Part shown: positions 1 through 9,800 of the stretch, in pieces | Position numbering within the stretch: the stretch's first letter is position 1 | How the letters are laid out: each line of letters starts with the position of its first letter | IMG/VR virus record: IMGVR_UViG_3300001782_000005 | Coordinates: 1 to 64,000 of that record | DNA length: 64,000 nt | Strand: one strand, 5' to 3' | Translations under genes and position numbers: made by a program | Notes under the pieces: generated by a model | The model's input: the letters and a program-made list of their open reading frames with translations, nothing else | Told to the model about the DNA's origin: nothing | Database searches by the model: none

Positions 1-714
1 AAAAAGCTGTCTCATTGGAATGCTAAAAATTTTGGTATCATTCATTCAAAGTCTCCCTATCTATTCTTTTGTGATGCTCATTGTATTATTGGTAGGGACT
101 GTCTTTTCAATATGTTCATATATTACAAGAAGAATGAAGAAGAGTTACACGGGTCGCTTCACCTTCCGATCTCGTACATGATGGAACGCCCCGGTATGGA
201 GTTGATTTATAAACCTAAACTTGATCTTGAGAAAGGAGCGCTACACTATTCATTTAGTAGGTATAGACGACCGTCTGATGGAAAACCTTATAAAGTTCCC
301 TGTATGTCAACCTGCGGGATGTTAATGAGTAGGAAGATAATGGTTGATGAACTTCAAATGTGGCCGAGTGAACTTGGAATCTACGGAGGTGGAGAAAACT
401 TTGTAAACTATTGTTTAGCAGTAATGGGTTATAACGTAAATATTTTTCCAAGACCTGCAATTTATCACTATGCAGAGCAGAGAGGGTATCATTGGAATTA
501 TAATGATTGGTTGAGAAATCGAATCATAGCCTTATATCTTGCTTGTGGTAGAGAGATAGCACAAAGGCTAGTTGATAATGCGAGGGGCCACCAGCAAGTA
601 AAACAAGACATGCTGGAGGATGTAGTAATCAAGTGCAACCCCCAACGAGAACATATTAAAAAGAGAACGTGTGTGGATATTTACGAATGGGTTGAACGCT
701 GGAAAGATTTTTAG
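1..714 (+). CDS. GT-A fold glycosyltransferase, polypeptide GalNAc-transferase (GT27)-like or GT2; 5'-truncated by the window
   Basis: Frame 1 is open from base 1 (KKLSHWNAKNFGIIHSKSPYLFFCDAHCII...), so the gene starts upstream of the window, not at 112. DxH metal motif FCDAH (DAH at 73-81), then KVPCMSTCGMLMSR, YGGGEN (382-399), IFPRPAIYH and RNR, in the order found in ppGalNAc-T catalytic domains. Confidence 0.8.
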   Translation, partial: KKLSHWNAKNFGIIHSKSPYLFFCDAHCIIGRDCLFNMFIYYKKNEEELHGSLHLPISYMMERPGMELIYKPKLDLEKGALHYSFSRYRRPSDGKPYKVPCMSTCGMLMSRKIMVDELQMWPSELGIYGGGENFVNYCLAVMGYNVNIFPRPAIYHYAEQRGYHWNYNDWLRNRIIALYLACGREIAQRLVDNARGHQQVKQDMLEDVVIKCNPQREHIKKRTCVDIYEWVERWKDF

Positions 715-782
715 TTTATTGTATAAATACCTACAAGAGTTTGTACAAATAGATACAAGACCAGTTAATAGGGGGAACAGTT

Positions 783-3700
783 ATGCTTGCAACTTATATA
801 TCCAGCAATCAGTTTCGGGTCTCTGGTGATCGAAGTGCTGAATTTCAAACAGATAGAAGGGTCCGAGCTAATTGCGGGATTGATGGATATAAATATGGTA
901 CGGTACAGTCCGCTAGTTTTAGCGCTGGTTACACAACTGTAACCCTCTTAGAAAGTGAACTAACCTCAAATTTAACTGCAGTTCACTATGGCGTTGTATC
1001 ACCATTTCCTCCTGGTAGTATGCCAAGGATCCCTGGTTTAGCAATTGTCTATGACCAAGAGGTTTCAGCAGTTGAGTTTATTGAAATAACTGGTCTAGCC
1101 TCTGGTCAAATTTATGACCTTTCATTATTACTTACTACCTCTGAAGTAACTGAACTTCGTCTTCAATTTAATGGTGACACTGGTAACAACTATCAGTATG
1201 CTTATCACGATGGTGGAGTTGCTGGTGGTGCGCCATCTCACTCAACTAATCAGAGTGGAGCAATAGATTATATTCAATTTAGTCATAAGTGTGATGTAGG
1301 TACGGGTCGGGTTCAATTTGGAGCAAAACCAATTGATTCAACAGCAGTTATTGTGCACTCATCCTTTTCTACATATCAAGATAGTAATGATTTTATGAAA
1401 AGAGAGTTAGTAGGTTATTACGCTGGTGGTCTTAGTAGTATTAAGATTTATGCTGCTCCAGGTAGCACTAGTTATTTAAGTGGCCGTGTAACCTTAACTG
1501 CACAGGAAGAAGCTATTCCAACCGAGACAACTACGACTACAACGACTGTTTCAACTACACTTCCACCTACTCCTACTACTACGACAAGTACAACTACAAC
1601 GTCAACTACAATTACTCCTGCTCCAACAACCTCTACAACTACGACAACCACTACATCAACTACAGTTACAGTTCCTACGACAACTACAACTACAACGACT
1701 GTAACTACGACGACTACTACTACAACCGCACTTATTACGACTACGACTGCTCCTTCGTGTATCTGGGAAGATCATATGGATGATGGAATAGTAACACCAC
1801 CTTGGACACCAATGGGCGCTCCAGTTGAAGCAGGTACAACTGTGATATTCCAAGGTGTTGGTACAGGTTATATGGATTCAGGACCTGTTCCGTTTGATTG
1901 TTCAAGTTACTACCAGACACAAGCTAGAGTAAGAAATAATGAAAGTGTCTCAAGTCATATTATGAGTCTACTTGATATGAGCAGTGGTCCTCCATATCAA
2001 ACTGTTGTACGAATATGGTCAAATACAACTGGTACATATATTGAATATCAAGATTCATTTGGAACCACTTACTGGTGGGATGGTCTTGCTTGGACAATTG
2101 TTGGACTGACGCCTGCTGGACCACCTATTCCAGATAATATTTACTTTAGATTTGAATTTCAATTTGTCAAAGGGAATTTGATAGTTAATATTTATGACTG
2201 CACTATGGGTATTTTTATATCTACTGGTGCTTCTCCTGTGCCATGTGCTACTCTCATGGGTGGTGGCGGTCCACTTACTGGAGTCTATCTTGGAGCATAT
2301 GCTGGATTCGGACCTACTAATACTTTCTATACAGAAGTTGATTGGTTTGGCTTTGGTTGTATACCAGGTTCTTGGCCGCCTTGTATACCGTACACGACTA
2401 CAACAACCACTACGACTACTACAGCTGCTCCGACTACGACTACGACTCCTCCCGGCGAGTGGGTATCGAAATTTGGTTCTCCGAATTTCTGGGTTTGTGC
2501 TGTTAACTGTACTTGGGATGGAGATTCATATAATGTTGCAGGTCCTGGTCTACAGATTAATGCCGCCGGTACTTGGTATGTCGGTTACAGACCAACAAAG
2601 ATTAGAATTACTGCGACGAACAATGCTTCGAAAGGTTGGACCCTTAGGTTAAGAGATTCTGGAAATTCAACTATAGCAACACTTCTTATACCTAACGGTG
2701 CTTCTCAGGTTGCTGAGGCTGATATTGGTTGGTTTACTAAGAATTTAAATAATATTGTAGATGATACTGCTCCTGGTATTGGTCAAATTGAGAATATTGA
2801 ATTCTGGGAAGTTGGAGCAACGACAACCACCACAACTACTACAACTACAACTACGACATTTATTACTACTACCACAGCTCCTTGGGCGTGGGGCGATCAC
2901 TTTGATAATGGCATAGTGGATACTCCTCCCTGGTCAGTAACAGGTGCTCCGGTTGAAGCAGGAACGACTGTTGTAATAGATGATATTAAGACTAATGAGT
3001 GTCTAGTTACTATGTTTGCTTATGAAACTGGTATGTGGGCGAGATGTCAAGCAAGAGTAAGAACACCTGGATCATCTAGAACTACAGTTATGGGTCTTAC
3101 TGATCCTGGTGGGGCTGGTCCTGTTTTAAGAATTGAGGTAGATCAAGGTTTGTGCTACGTCTCATACTACAGTATGGGAGCAGGACCTGCTTGGCTCTAT
3201 TGGGATGAGAAGAGTATGGGTTGGATACCACCTCCAACTCCTCTTACATCTTTTGTTCCAACTATGAATATGTATTATCGTTATGAACTTCAGTCTGATG
3301 TGAACACAATTTGGGTTAATATTTATAATTGTGCTGGTATACTGTTGTTCACAATTCCGCCATTAGCTGGTGCACCGTGGGCAGATTTACCTCCTGCATA
3401 TCTCTATGTGATGTTGGGTGATTGTGATCCAGTATTCTTTGATAATTACACTGAGGTTGATTGGTTCGGGTTTGATTTGAGGTACTGGCCACCATGTCTG
3501 CCATATACGACTACAACGAGTACAAGTACGACCACTACAACAACTACTGCTATTCCTACTACAACGACAACTTCTCCCCCAGGTGAGTGGGAAGAGAAAT
3601 TTGGATCACCAAGTTTCTGGACATGCGCAGCTAACTGTACTTGGGATGGAGATTCGTATAATGTTGCAGGTCCAGGTTTAGTAATTCAAGCAGCAGGAAC

Positions 3701-4646
3701 TTGGGCAAATGGTTATCGACCAACAAAGATTAGAATTACTGCAACCAATAATGCTTCAAAGGGTTGGAACTTACAGTTAAGAGATAGTGGTGGAACTCCA
3801 CTTGCAACTACGGTGGTTCCGAATGGAGCTAGTCAAGTTGGTGTGGCTGATATAACTTGGGGCGCTAAAGATATGTATAGGATTTATGATTTAGATGCAC
3901 CAGGTACTGGAGAGATTGAGAATATTGAATTCTTCGTAGTTGGGGCTACTACAACCACAACAACAGCTCCTCCGGCTACAACGACTACAACTACCACGAC
4001 ATCTGCTCCAACCACAACGACTACTCCTGTTAGTCCCCTTGTGGCTTGTGATGGTTCTGTTTTTACTGATAATTTCTCAAGTATTACGGCTGATTGGTCT
4101 GAAACAGATGCAAGTAACATTGCATCACCAGGAGCTAACGGTTATGAGCATATTGTTCACGCAATAGATTTTGCTAGATTAATTGGTCAATTTGATATAG
4201 GTGGTGATTTCGATATCTGTCTGGAAGTAGATATATATGACCTTGGTTCAGCTCCCACTATCAGTACTTATATGCAATTTGCCTTGACTGAGGGTGTTAA
4301 AGGTGGTGCAGAAGCTTATGTCTGGATAAGAGGTGACGGAGCTGGTGGATTTGAGTATTATCTAGACGGAACTGATAATTTCAATTCTTGGGGTTCATAT
4401 GGGACAATAGATGCAACCAGTACTCACTATATCAGATTTACTAGAAGTGGAACTACTGTAACTGTTTATGTATGGAACCCAGCTATAGGATGGGAGTGGA
4501 ATGGAGTTCCTGGTGGTCTAGCAAGCACTAGTACATGGGATGTTGACCCCACTCCTACATTACAGTGGAGAGATAATAATCCTCCTACTGATCAAATATC
4601 TGGTACTATGGTCTCATTTAAGATCAATGTTGGAACCAAAATCTAG
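783..4646 (+). CDS. Giant modular Thr-rich putative virion appendage / tail-fibre-like protein (1287 aa)
   Basis: N-terminal ATYISSNQFRVSGD motif of the kind seen at tail-fibre N-termini. Globular modules are separated by poly-Thr linkers, with an internal AB-AB duplication and a C-terminal ConA-like beta-sandwich. Confidence 0.65.
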   Translation: MLATYISSNQFRVSGDRSAEFQTDRRVRANCGIDGYKYGTVQSASFSAGYTTVTLLESELTSNLTAVHYGVVSPFPPGSMPRIPGLAIVYDQEVSAVEFIEITGLASGQIYDLSLLLTTSEVTELRLQFNGDTGNNYQYAYHDGGVAGGAPSHSTNQSGAIDYIQFSHKCDVGTGRVQFGAKPIDSTAVIVHSSFSTYQDSNDFMKRELVGYYAGGLSSIKIYAAPGSTSYLSGRVTLTAQEEAIPTETTTTTTTVSTTLPPTPTTTTSTTTTSTTITPAPTTSTTTTTTTSTTVTVPTTTTTTTTVTTTTTTTTALITTTTAPSCIWEDHMDDGIVTPPWTPMGAPVEAGTTVIFQGVGTGYMDSGPVPFDCSSYYQTQARVRNNESVSSHIMSLLDMSSGPPYQTVVRIWSNTTGTYIEYQDSFGTTYWWDGLAWTIVGLTPAGPPIPDNIYFRFEFQFVKGNLIVNIYDCTMGIFISTGASPVPCATLMGGGGPLTGVYLGAYAGFGPTNTFYTEVDWFGFGCIPGSWPPCIPYTTTTTTTTTTAAPTTTTTPPGEWVSKFGSPNFWVCAVNCTWDGDSYNVAGPGLQINAAGTWYVGYRPTKIRITATNNASKGWTLRLRDSGNSTIATLLIPNGASQVAEADIGWFTKNLNNIVDDTAPGIGQIENIEFWEVGATTTTTTTTTTTTTFITTTTAPWAWGDHFDNGIVDTPPWSVTGAPVEAGTTVVIDDIKTNECLVTMFAYETGMWARCQARVRTPGSSRTTVMGLTDPGGAGPVLRIEVDQGLCYVSYYSMGAGPAWLYWDEKSMGWIPPPTPLTSFVPTMNMYYRYELQSDVNTIWVNIYNCAGILLFTIPPLAGAPWADLPPAYLYVMLGDCDPVFFDNYTEVDWFGFDLRYWPPCLPYTTTTSTSTTTTTTTAIPTTTTTSPPGEWEEKFGSPSFWTCAANCTWDGDSYNVAGPGLVIQAAGTWANGYRPTKIRITATNNASKGWNLQLRDSGGTPLATTVVPNGASQVGVADITWGAKDMYRIYDLDAPGTGEIENIEFFVVGATTTTTTAPPATTTTTTTTSAPTTTTTPVSPLVACDGSVFTDNFSSITADWSETDASNIASPGANGYEHIVHAIDFARLIGQFDIGGDFDICLEVDIYDLGSAPTISTYMQFALTEGVKGGAEAYVWIRGDGAGGFEYYLDGTDNFNSWGSYGTIDATSTHYIRFTRSGTTVTVYVWNPAIGWEWNGVPGGLASTSTWDVDPTPTLQWRDNNPPTDQISGTMVSFKINVGTKI
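1521..1748 (+). repeat. Thr/Ser/Pro-rich low-complexity tract (76 codons)
   Basis: ACN codon run inside the 1287-aa ORF. Confidence 0.95.
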
Positions 4647-4854
4647 ATGCTTGATATATGAAGATAGACCAAAAATCTGTAGGGATTTTCCGACTCTACA
4701 GACAAAACTTAAGAAACATTATCTATCTTGTACATATTGGTTTGATGAATTAGAGAGAAAAGGAGAATGTAGCAGATGTGGTGAATGTTGTGAACTTAAT
4801 AAAGTATTTACAGATAAGATTGGACCATGTCCATATCTAAGGAAGTTGACATAG
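4627..4854 (+). CDS. Small Cys-rich protein with YkgJ (CxxCxxCC)-like motifs in reversed order
   Basis: CLIYEDRPKICRDFP followed by CSRCGECC...CPYL. The ATG at 4627 has no clear SD and overlaps the preceding stop. Confidence 0.45.
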   Translation: MLEPKSRCLIYEDRPKICRDFPTLQTKLKKHYLSCTYWFDELERKGECSRCGECCELNKVFTDKIGPCPYLRKLT

Positions 4855-4893
4855 GGCGGTAACTTATTAGAGGGTTGCCGCCTTTCTTTTTTT
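4855..4893 (+). terminator. Rho-independent terminator
   Basis: 9-bp stem GGCGGTAAC/GTTGCCGCC (one G-U) followed by TTTCTTTTTTT. Confidence 0.8.
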
Positions 4894-4913
4894 AAACTGC
4901 CAGAGGAGTTAAG

Positions 4914-5810
4914 ATGAACCTAATCATAAATTTCACTCCTACCGGCATGATTCCTACCAAGGAAATGACTCCTTATGTACCTATTACAATCAATGAAATT
5001 ATTGAAGATGTACACGAAGCGTACGAAATTGGTATTACTGTTGTTCACCTTCACGCAAGAGACAAGAAGACGGGTGAACCTACATATAAAGCAGAAGTTT
5101 ATCAAGATATTATTGAGGGAATTAGAAAATTTTCAAAAGATTTGGTTATTTGTGTTTCCTTGAGCGGTCGTACATTTAAAGAATTTGAAGAACGATCAGA
5201 GGTTTTACAACTTAATGGTAATGTAAAACCAGATATGGGAAGTTTAACTTTGAGTTCTGTAAATTTTAATTACCAAGCAAGTGTTAGCTCTCCAAAGATG
5301 ATACAGGACCTTGCAAGAGTGATGAAAACTCGTGGCATCCTGGCCGAACTTGAAGCATTTGACTCGGGTATGATCAATTATGCTAAATACTTGGAGAGAA
5401 AAGACTTATTAGATCCCCCTCACTATTTTAATTTATTATTTGGTAATATTGCGTGTGCTCAGGCAACTCTATTACATATGGGAGTTATGATAAATGATTT
5501 ACCCAATTGGTCTTATTGGAGTGCGGCTGGTGTAGGTGATGCACAATCTATGGTAAATTCAATTGCTATTGCCTACGGTGGTGGAGTAAGAGTTGGCCTT
5601 GAAGATAATATTTGGTACGACAAAGGCAGGACTAAACTTGCTAAAAATTCTGACCTATTAAAACGTGTTCATAATTTAGCTGAGGCAAATGAAAGAGAAC
5701 TTATGACTTCTGAAGAATTTAGAAGATTCCTAGTTCTTCAACAAGATGGGAATTATGGAAGAATTTGTGGTGGAGTGAAACTAGAAGGTTCTGATCAAAT
5801 AGGTTGGTAA
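4914..5810 (+). CDS. kce: 3-keto-5-aminohexanoate cleavage enzyme family (BKACE / DUF849)
   Basis: IINFTPTG start, VVHLHARD Zn-binding motif, PDMGSL, ELEAFD, GVRVGLEDN; length about 300 aa; SD GAGGAG. Confidence 0.9.
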   Translation: MNLIINFTPTGMIPTKEMTPYVPITINEIIEDVHEAYEIGITVVHLHARDKKTGEPTYKAEVYQDIIEGIRKFSKDLVICVSLSGRTFKEFEERSEVLQLNGNVKPDMGSLTLSSVNFNYQASVSSPKMIQDLARVMKTRGILAELEAFDSGMINYAKYLERKDLLDPPHYFNLLFGNIACAQATLLHMGVMINDLPNWSYWSAAGVGDAQSMVNSIAIAYGGGVRVGLEDNIWYDKGRTKLAKNSDLLKRVHNLAEANERELMTSEEFRRFLVLQQDGNYGRICGGVKLEGSDQIGW

Positions 5811-5811
5811 A

Positions 5812-6783
5812 ATGATATACGGAGATTATGAGATTTTTCACTATCATCCTAATATGATAGATCAGGTTGCAAAAGTGATAAAATACCTTTGGGGCGGAAA
5901 ACGCGATTTTAGAATTGACCATCTCAAATGGAAACATTATGAAAATCCTTATTCAAATTTTCCACACGGAATAGTTGCTTTATATAATAGAGAAGTGGTT
6001 GGTTTTAGAGGATATTCTCCTATGAAATGGAGAGTTAAAGGACAAGAGTTTAAAACTTTAATTGCTGGAGATACAGTTGTAGATCAGAAACATCGTATGA
6101 AAGGTTTATCAGTGGCGATGGGTCAAGCAGCAAATAAATATCAATCAAACTATAAGTTCCTTCTAAATTTTACCTCAGGAGGTACTTCAACACCAGGTTA
6201 TTTAAAATTGGGTTTTAGAAAATTTTTGGAGAAAAGTTATTATACAAGGCGTGCTTTTAAAGAAGATATAGAGATAAAAGGCGATTTTAGTGGGGTACTC
6301 TTTTTTGAAATTCCAGACCTAAAGAAAATTTGTGATCTTATTTTGAAAGAGGATAACTTTGATAAGATTACTCCAGTTCGTACTGAAGAATACTTCCAAT
6401 GGAAGATGAGAAATTCTAAAAATAAATATTTATTTTTTGGTTATAAAGACAGAAGCTACGTTATTTTCTCAACTCAACCAAATGGTAATAATGGTTATAT
6501 AGTTGATTACGTAGTTGAAAATGTTGAAGACCTCGACAATATTCTTCGTTTTATACTAAAGACAAAACCGTTTAATTTCACTATGGTTTATAATTATGGA
6601 GTTTGTAATAAGCTCTCTAAAGTTTTGAAAGGACTGAATTTTGAAGAATCAAGTATGACATGGCATTTACTAATACGACCTGTGAAAAAAGATTTCAGTG
6701 AAAGAGATTGGTTTGTTGAAGGAGTTGATACCCGAAAGATCGAGAACTGGAACATGAGAGCTATCTGTTCAGATGATGCTTAG
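5812..6783 (+). CDS. GNAT-family N-acyltransferase
   Basis: HLKWKHYENP, VVGFRG, GDTVVDQKHRMKGL (acyl-CoA loop), FLLNFT, GYLKLGF; starts 1 nt after the kce stop (translational coupling). Confidence 0.75.
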   Translation: MIYGDYEIFHYHPNMIDQVAKVIKYLWGGKRDFRIDHLKWKHYENPYSNFPHGIVALYNREVVGFRGYSPMKWRVKGQEFKTLIAGDTVVDQKHRMKGLSVAMGQAANKYQSNYKFLLNFTSGGTSTPGYLKLGFRKFLEKSYYTRRAFKEDIEIKGDFSGVLFFEIPDLKKICDLILKEDNFDKITPVRTEEYFQWKMRNSKNKYLFFGYKDRSYVIFSTQPNGNNGYIVDYVVENVEDLDNILRFILKTKPFNFTMVYNYGVCNKLSKVLKGLNFEESSMTWHLLIRPVKKDFSERDWFVEGVDTRKIENWNMRAICSDDA

Positions 6784-6787
6784 ATTT

Positions 6788-6796
6788 AGAACAAAT
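6788..6796 (+). promoter_or_regulatory. RGAACAAA motif, candidate late promoter (representative copy)
   Basis: Recurs at 15184, 18294, 23026, 27275, 28321, 43872, 62463 (+) and about 43630, 59467, 61457 (-), nearly always shortly upstream of a gene. Confidence 0.6.
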
Positions 6797-6835
6797 TTAA
6801 AATAATCCGGAGGAAAATTATTAAAGGGAGAATAG

Positions 6836-9800
6836 ATGGCTTGGGATAATGTTATAAATCTGTTTATAGATTCTTCTAAGGTTGATGAGAATCTTACAGA
6901 TTTTCCAGTTGCAATTGACTTAAGTAATTTTCCAGAGGTTTTTGTAGAGTTAACGGAAGCTGACCGAAAGAAAATTAAAGTCACAACTGATGCCTCCGGA
7001 AACAACCAATGTTATGTTGAGATTGAGTATTTTGATTCCACCGCTCAGGTTGGAATAATTCACACAAAACTTCCTGCCATTGATTCCACTGCAGATACTT
7101 CCTTCTATTTCTGGTATGATAAGGATGAAGCAGATAATACAACCTACGTTGGTGATATTAGTGAATCTCCTGCTCAAAATGTCTGGGATAATAATTTTGT
7201 TATGGTTATTCATCCACAAGATCCAAGTGGTAATGGAGTGGATGATATTAAAGACTCAACTAGTAACTCTAATGACGGAACTCCATTTAATTTTGAAGCT
7301 GGAGATCTTGTTGAGATTGGTGGAGGGATTCCTGGTCGAGCAGTTGTTTTTGAAGAAACTAAAAATCAACGTATTGGAGTGCCACACCACTCCACTTTAG
7401 CACCCACTCGCCTTTGCTTAGAGGTATTTGCAATCAATGAAAATCCAGCGTGGGATGGGCCTAATTGGAATACTAGATCAGACCATTTAGTTTCAAAAAC
7501 AGAAGCTGGTGGATATGCAGTAGGTTTGAATGAGTCAGGTTCGTATTGTACTGACCATTTATACTTTGACGTTTATAGAAACGGAACTTATGGTCGAGCG
7601 TGTGAACCATCATCCAATATTTCAGATGGGTGGCACTATGTTGCTTGTGATTATGATGGAAGATACGGTGTCCTTCAGATTGATGATACTGAGGTTCAGA
7701 TAAATGATGCTGGAGGAACTTATGATATTACTTATTCTAATAGTAATATGCTTCAAATAGGTTGTGAAGCTGGTCCAGGAACTAGTCCTCCAAGTCCAGC
7801 TCTGCTCTGGGAGGGCAAGATTGGTGAAGTCAGAATTTCTAATGCTTCCCGACCTGATGCTTGGAGAAAGGCAACATATCACAATTTATTTGGAACTCTT
7901 TTAAGGCAAACATGGACAACTACCACTACTACAACCACTACAACGACTACTACATCAACAACGACTTCTACAGCGAGTACTACCATTCCTTATTTTCCAA
8001 CAACAACTACGTCTACTACTACGACAACTTCTACCACAACCACTACAACTACGACAACAACAACTAGTACAACTACAACAACTTGTCCTCCTTTAGAGTA
8101 TGCCCTTGATCCTTCTTATACTAGTGCCGATATAACTCTATCTAACTGTAATTTAACAGCCACAAGTACTGGTTGGGATGGTGGTTGGGATACTACTTAT
8201 GCCGCTCCAGGTTTCCCTGTAGCAAGTGGCGGCAAATGGTATTGGGAAATTCACATTGATGTTGGCGGTGGCCAAATGCTTGGAGTTGAGAAGCTCCGAG
8301 AGACAAACAATCATGTAGGATCGAGCGCTGCTGGTTATGGAATACTCAACAATGGTAGTATATGGAATGGTAATTCTCAAGCTGGTGATTTGGGAGCTGA
8401 TTACGTTACTAACGATATAGTTATGATCGCACTAGATCTTAATAATCTTAAGCTCTGGTTTGGTCGTAATGGTAGTTGGTATGGAGCTGGTGCTAATCCA
8501 GCAACTGGTACTAATCCTGCATTTACTATCGCAAGTGGTGGGACTTACTATGCCGGATTTAGTTTGGGCGGCGGCACCGATAGACAGATAACGGTCAATT
8601 TCGGGGAGACATCATTTACCCATACTCCACCTTCTGGGTTTAATGCTCCTGAAGATTATACTACCACCACTACTACAACTACAACTAGTACAACTGTACC
8701 ACCAACGACTACATCTACGAGCACGACTACTAGTACAACTACAACTAGTACGACAACAACTACACTTCCTCCAACTACTTCAACAACGACTACTACAACC
8801 ACCACAACAACCACTACAACGACAACCTCTGCAACTACGACCACCAGTACGACTACCACAACGACAACCTCTACGTCGACTACTACTACGTATCCTCCTG
8901 GTCAACTAACGTGGGACCCAACCTGGAAGGCTGCACAGTTACAGTTATTCAATAGTAACCTTACTGTTAAATCAAATGCGAGTGGTTGGAAATCTGTGGG
9001 TGGAACACTTGGAAGAGCGTTTGGTAAGTGGTATTGGGAGATCACAATAGATGTTATGGCTAGCGGAAATAGCCATATGACGGGTATTGCTCAAAGTGGC
9101 CACCTTGTTGAAAACCGCTACCCTGGTCAAGAAACTACTAGTTATGGTTATTTTGATAACGGTCAGAAGTATCACAGCGGTGGTGGTTCTGTTTATGGAA
9201 ATAGCTATAGTGAGGGAAATATAATTGGAGTTGCTCTTGATTTGGATAGCGGTAAAATTTGGTTTGCTGTTAATAATGTCTGGCAAAATAGTGGTGATCC
9301 TGCTGCCGGAACAAATGCGGCTTTTAGCGGGATAGCTTCAGCAACTTGGTATCCATTTCAAGGAATTTACGACTCAGGTGACCAATCCTCAATAAACGGG
9401 GATTCTGTGACTCTAAACTATACCCCACCAACTGGATATTCGGCCCTAGGTGGAGAAAGTGTAACAACGACCACGACTACCACTAGTACGACTACGACAA
9501 CTTCCACTTCAACAAGCACGACTAGTACAACAACCACAACAAGTACGAGCACAACTACGACAACTCCTCCTCCGACTACTACCACAACAACTACTACAAC
9601 GACAACTAGTACGACAACAACGACAGCAACGACAACAACTAGCACGACAACTACCACTACATCTACAACTACAACTACCACAACTAGTACGACAACAACA
9701 AGTACTAGTACAACAACGACTACACCTCCTCCAACCACAACCTCAACTTCTACGACGACGACTACAACCAGTACGTCAACATCAACTTCTACCTCGACAT

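Noticed and set aside
1760-3950. Duplicated modules as a DGR template/variable repeat pair
   Set aside because: Differences are not restricted to adenines, both copies are in-frame coding, and no reverse transcriptase is in the window.
4914-5810. Complete lysine-fermentation pathway as an auxiliary metabolic module
   Set aside because: Only kce is present; no lysine aminomutase, kdd or kal genes occur in the window.
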